Source of the DNA: Candidatus Jordarchaeales archaeon
GTDB lineage: Archaea > Asgardarchaeota > Jordiarchaeia > Jordiarchaeales > Freyrarchaeaceae
Reading direction: 5' to 3'
Assembly (NCBI GenBank): GCA_038889235.1
Contig: JAWAHN010000001.1
Coordinates: forward strand, 312,403-344,402
Length of the DNA: 32,000 nucleotides
In this document: positions 29,101 through 32,000 of the stretch, piece by piece
How the letters are laid out: each line of letters begins with the position of its first letter
Numbering within the stretch: position 1 is the first letter of the stretch
Program-made: the position numbers and the translations under genes
The notes under the pieces: model-generated
What the model saw: the letters and a program-made list of their open reading frames with translations, nothing else
Told to the model about the DNA's origin: nothing
Databases searched by the model: none

Positions 29101-29643
29101 ACTAGCTGAAGAGTTTACATACATGTACATGTTGCTTGCTTGCAGACTTAGGCATCCCCTTATGATGCTTCCCTGAGCATCATATACTGCTCCTATCGTT
29201 ATGTTTCCTTCTGCTTCGAATTTCGCTGGATATGCTTCGTTACCTATGAGGTTGACATATGCTACTCCGCCAGGAGTTACTGATTCTGCTTGCGTGAAGC
29301 TTTTAGCGTATATATCTAAGATTGCTGGTTGATTATTGATCCCTCTTATTGTCACACCTGGTCCCATCTTCACGCTTGTTGCTCCACTCGAAGTTATAAT
29401 TATGTTGCCTTTCAGCGTGCTTAGCCCTGTTATGTTAACTGGGCTTTGGACTGCGTGGAGTCCGGTTATTATTGTTTTTCCTGTGGTTGTTGTTTGGAGT
29501 GGTTGAGCTCCGCTCTCCGTCAGTACATATGCTGCTACTACTGGCGTGTTTAGCATTGTTGTTGAGAAAGCTAATGTTGTTATGAGGAAAACTAGCACTA
29601 CTGATATTATAACACGTTTCCAGAGTTTTACACCTCCCTCCAT
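26101..29643 (-). CDS. Large membrane-anchored surface protein (1180 aa): signal peptide, Gly-periodic beta-solenoid-like repeats, C-terminal TM helix and Arg-rich tail
   Basis: N-terminal KLWKR plus hydrophobic stretch; G-x-h-x-h-x periodicity; about 17 N-x-S/T sequons; TM LNLAMFALIGAIVARIIVPPV; basic tail. Confidence 0.88.
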   Translation of the reverse strand: MEGGVKLWKRVIISVVLVFLITTLAFSTTMLNTPVVAAYVLTESGAQPLQTTTTGKTIITGLHAVQSPVNITGLSTLKGNIIITSSGATSVKMGPGVTIRGINNQPAILDIYAKSFTQAESVTPGGVAYVNLIGNEAYPAKFEAEGNITIGAVYDAQGSIIRGCLSLQASNMYMYVNSSASNAGGLIGDLLNSTRLIRSDTRTAIRVLQGTLIISTKEYNEAGGLISLLSRLLRVQIGATADVVITINCTHVKFDIEVPGIISEEWIGSNVVSLTSYNGIANFSKLAEDGKLPSIRFEVLGIGIQTIDLDDLIIEKATGNNYYIDIALMRWSAGTSWETWTGQGINPMILLDGSVVLLNNSRFMLRSNSTVAMTFYGGSTGVQAGLKINGSGSVTSPLVHIEALNVFTASWGCNSYMWVRNASSISMSNAEVISDGQEISSGATVTVNGYQEYPVSTVISTCGMNLTGSLLLERDYGAGRRYVFEVQGNISMPSGSSYISADLVQLSGDSVISGVVSINGKMKIVGSLMSVGDSDVNGVSVLRNAVMAASGVIEVEGSQLINGSLTMSGGGMQVNSSGIFVTGTTEVSGGLRIEGRLKVTGDLTMEGESIKMEILPTSMSIVSGSIETENGYVEVAGDYIKMGGDSSVIRGSSIEISVAPLTSMKVLLGSISMEGGSSVITSGGIVMNGTRNVIEGTIEIVALPSTSMRVESGSIETLNGFSEVTGGGIRMGGESSVISGVITISGRNLISGSLMSVGDSDVNGVSVLRNAVMAASGVIEVEGSQLINGSLTMTDSTTDIGVSGILIDGCVRVDGSLRVSGTLTIMGNATMNGEIIEMSGSSKITGHVELSGSMNTNNLLTGTVSLTASSLVTSGSTVIRDGRIDVVNGVLKVTKAGTEIACSVKIMGDIESTGTLTLSNARISGTTLIMAPTITYGATLVRGLMQILMSQSLPASMLINPMFTFGQVTMAQSMIVGSTNIEGTMTVTPNNVIITGTTEIVGALNAFTAPLIGVGSTVAMQSASALTSAGPLSLPSLALALSPLNLAMFALIGAIVARIIVPPVALAAGRAARRVQKKYFAPETRAYMLYYRTRTRLSNAARLTASLTRYAAMKTRESIFNAVSRPASRMASVELALQQQRKKLPMWFKSWHDKFLSRRLRRTRRIRMSRLRKQRTRINS
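27269..27390. repeat. 122-bp direct repeat, copy 1 (copy 2 at 27947-28068)
   Basis: 121/122 identical; the single mismatch (27292/27970) is synonymous. Offset 678 nt = 226 codons. Confidence 0.97.
27947..28068. repeat. 122-bp direct repeat, copy 2
   Basis: Encodes GSLMSVGDSDVNGVSVLRNAVMAASGVIEVEGSQLINGSLT, the same as copy 1. Confidence 0.97.
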
Positions 29644-29985
29644 TTTCCCTCCTCCGTATTTGATTTTTTGTCGAGCAGTGTAATTTTTGTATGAAAAATG
29701 AAAAATAGATGTTTTAAATGTTTCGTTTGTAATTTTCGCTTTAAATTAATCTCATCTTTTTAAAAAAAGCATTATTCTATTTCGATTATCGAAAAAATAC
29801 ATTTTAATGATTGAAAAATGGTCAGGTATAAGTGTCAAGTTTTCATTCCCAAACATGTATGTATTATATAAAAACTATGTTTGGAAAAGAGGCTTTCACA
29901 ATTCTTTATGCATGTTTTGGGGGATTGAAAAATTAGTAACCAATCGCCGCATAATTTTAAAGTATTTTGAGATTGAAATGCTAGA

Positions 29986-30016
29986 AATAAAAAAATATTT
30001 AAAAATATTTAAAAAT
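29986..30016 (-). terminator. T-rich terminator-like tract after the upstream surface-protein paralog
   Basis: Minus strand ATTTTTAAATATTTTTAAATATTTTTTT, including tandem AAAAATATTT x2 on the plus strand; starts 13 nt after the stop codon. Confidence 0.5.
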
Positions 30017-30028
30017 GATAAGTGTAAG

Positions 30029-32000
30029 TTACTTTGTTCTCTTGATACGCACTCGCGAAAGTATTCGCCTTACCGGCTTCTCTGCGGCTCTTCTCGGAAT
30101 TCTCACGCGCGCTCTTTCACGTATCGCTCTTGCTCTGATTGCCATGCCTCTCTTCAGGAGGTTAACCTTACCGGATAAGAATATTTCTATTGTAGCTACT
30201 TTCGCCACTGCTGACCTGGCTGTGGAGCCTGCACGCCTCGCAACGGCGCTCATCCTGCTGCTAGCCCTTGAAGCTAGGCGTCTGGCTACCTGTATTCTTT
30301 CTGCAAATGGACGAGTGCGGCGTGAAACCCTCTCCTCAATGGACGCGATGGCTAGAGCGATGCGGCGTGAAACCCTGTTCTGTGAAGCCAACATGTATCC
30401 TTTGGCGAGCGGCTTCCTGAGCAGTGAAGCTGTGCGCCGTGCCATCCGTTCGCCGAGCGGCGCTAAGCGGCTTTTGACTCTAACATAGGCTACACGGACT
30501 CTGGTTTCTGGGCCGAGTGCTTTCCTATATGCTTTGCTTGCCATCCTTCCTGAGGCTATGGCGACTGGTGGAATTATGAGTCTTGCCACGATGAGCCCCA
30601 CTAGAGCTAAGGTTAAGAGTATGGGCAACGTGAGCGGGAGAATTACTGATATTAGGGGCACCGTTGCTACCGGCGTAACTGCCACCGCTTGGGAGATAGA
30701 AATAATGGCGTTCTGTCCAAGTGACGGAGTGCTGAGGGCGAGAAGCGAGCCAGAAATATCGGATAGACCCGTTATTACGACTCCGTTCTCGGTTACCGTC
30801 ATTATCCCGTTGACCACTGTTGAGCCAAGGATCAACGACTGCAACATAACGATTTGCCCCATAGTGTCCATTGACGAGGTGAGCAAACCTGCTGGCGGAA
30901 GGTTTCCTGTAAGGAGCTGGAAGAGACCTCTCACCGTGGTCTTGCCTACGGTTATTATCTGTGAAAGGATAACTGTGTTTCCGCTTATTTCAGGGTTCTT
31001 GACTGTCAGGCTACCTGTCGTAGAAACGCTGCCCGTTATCTTCACGCTGCCCGCTATCTCTGTTCCAACCCTAGTTATCTTCAGCAAGCCATCCATAACT
31101 TCGACACGACCGTTAATCACCGTGGTGCCAAGTGTGACCATGCTGTCGGCCCTCAAAGTTATCTCTCCAAACATTATATTGTTCGTATTCACCCTGCCCG
31201 AGAGGGAAACCCTACCACTAATCGTCGAAGCGCCAGTCATAATTATTGTGCCCTCCATGCTCACGTTGCCAGCTATACTCACCAAGCCTGAAACTCCAAG
31301 GTTGCCCAAGACAGCCACGTCTCCAAACATGAACATACCAGAGGAGTTCAAAGTGACGCTTCCCGAACCCATAGACATCAAACCATTGATCAACGATGAA
31401 CCATTTATCAGGACGAGGCCATAAGCATTCATGACGCCGCTAAGCCTCGAAACTCCATTAATGTCCGAAGCACCCGAAGATGAAAGCGAACCGGAAATGA
31501 CGCTCATACCACTAAGAGACACTGAGCCATTAATGCTTGTAGAGCCTTCCAGCACTCGGAGACTAAGCGACCCCCTTCCAACGTCGACGACCACGCCACC
31601 CGAGGACACCCTAATTGACGCACCTGCAAGCAACAATGAACCAACGACGGAAGCATTCGAAATCGCAATGCGCCCATCTAAACTCAAACCACCAGCAGAA
31701 GCACTCAGACTAAGAACACCCGAAACATCAACATTACCACTCATACTCAAGCTACCGTTCATCGACGAAACCCGCACACTACCAGAGCCAAGCCCAACGC
31801 TCACTCCCTCACTGAAAACTCTAAGACTAACAGTAGACAGACTAGCCGAAGCACTCAGGGCGACGTTGAGGAGCTGCAGTGAGCCGTCGAGCGTTATGCT
31901 GCCCGACGGCAGGCTGACAACAGTCCTGCCATCCATGCTCAGGCTGCCGGTCACGCTAAGCACTCCGCTGAGGTTCGCCTGCAGGCTGCTGCCAGCACCC
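30029..32000 (-). CDS. Paralogous large surface protein, 5' end outside the window
   Basis: The frame is open to the window edge (GAGSSLQANLSGVLSVTG...). About 330 aa are collinear with the 1180-aa protein, including NTNN, IVARLIIPPVAIASGR and PETR; the basic tail is longer. Confidence 0.88.
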   Translation of the reverse strand, partial: GAGSSLQANLSGVLSVTGSLSMDGRTVVSLPSGSITLDGSLQLLNVALSASASLSTVSLRVFSEGVSVGLGSGSVRVSSMNGSLSMSGNVDVSGVLSLSASAGGLSLDGRIAISNASVVGSLLLAGASIRVSSGGVVVDVGRGSLSLRVLEGSTSINGSVSLSGMSVISGSLSSSGASDINGVSRLSGVMNAYGLVLINGSSLINGLMSMGSGSVTLNSSGMFMFGDVAVLGNLGVSGLVSIAGNVSMEGTIIMTGASTISGRVSLSGRVNTNNIMFGEITLRADSMVTLGTTVINGRVEVMDGLLKITRVGTEIAGSVKITGSVSTTGSLTVKNPEISGNTVILSQIITVGKTTVRGLFQLLTGNLPPAGLLTSSMDTMGQIVMLQSLILGSTVVNGIMTVTENGVVITGLSDISGSLLALSTPSLGQNAIISISQAVAVTPVATVPLISVILPLTLPILLTLALVGLIVARLIIPPVAIASGRMASKAYRKALGPETRVRVAYVRVKSRLAPLGERMARRTASLLRKPLAKGYMLASQNRVSRRIALAIASIEERVSRRTRPFAERIQVARRLASRASSRMSAVARRAGSTARSAVAKVATIEIFLSGKVNLLKRGMAIRARAIRERARVRIPRRAAEKPVRRILSRVRIKRTK

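Noticed and set aside
29807-30178. 123-aa plus-strand ORF
   Set aside because: It spans an AT-rich spacer and runs antisense to the paralog tail; the composition is non-coding.
1-32000. Many antisense or alternative-frame ORFs in the track (e.g. 19165-19929, 24872-25399, 26843-27730, 30534-31424) and CRISPR arrays
   Set aside because: The ORFs are shadows of well-supported genes; no regularly spaced short repeats were seen.

Overview
Archaeal genomic DNA of roughly 50% GC. It has GGAGG/GGTG Shine-Dalgarno sites, TTTATAA-type TATA boxes, frequent GTG/TTG starts and archaeal gene families. An Asgard-type lineage is my inference from the 9/4-fold tRNA-Sec and a Loki-like Zn-ribbon domain; it is not verified. 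Mostly housekeeping and metabolic genes: icd (partial), SAM methyltransferase, CocE/NonD hydrolase, Fap7/AK6 kinase, TPR-like protein, radical SAM/SPASM enzyme, MFS transporter, thiolase plus DUF35, endonuclease IV, aminotransferase, DUF47, guaA and an acyl-CoA ligase. The main discovery is absent from the ORF track: a selenocysteine tRNA (anticodon UCA, 23593-23735, minus strand) interrupted by three bulge-helix-bulge-type introns (D-loop, 37/38, T-loop). It has its own TATA box and is followed 29 nt later by a PurM/SelD-superfamily gene resembling methanogenesis marker 2. Also notable: two tandem paralogous large beta-solenoid-like surface proteins with a near-perfect internal duplication and long Arg-rich cytoplasmic tails; a +1 frameshift at TTT-TTT-TAA that separates the CocE hydrolase from its N-terminal anchor; a decayed MDP-1 phosphatase pseudogene; and an unexplained 1.1 kb gap. 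All calls are by eye; no database searches were run.
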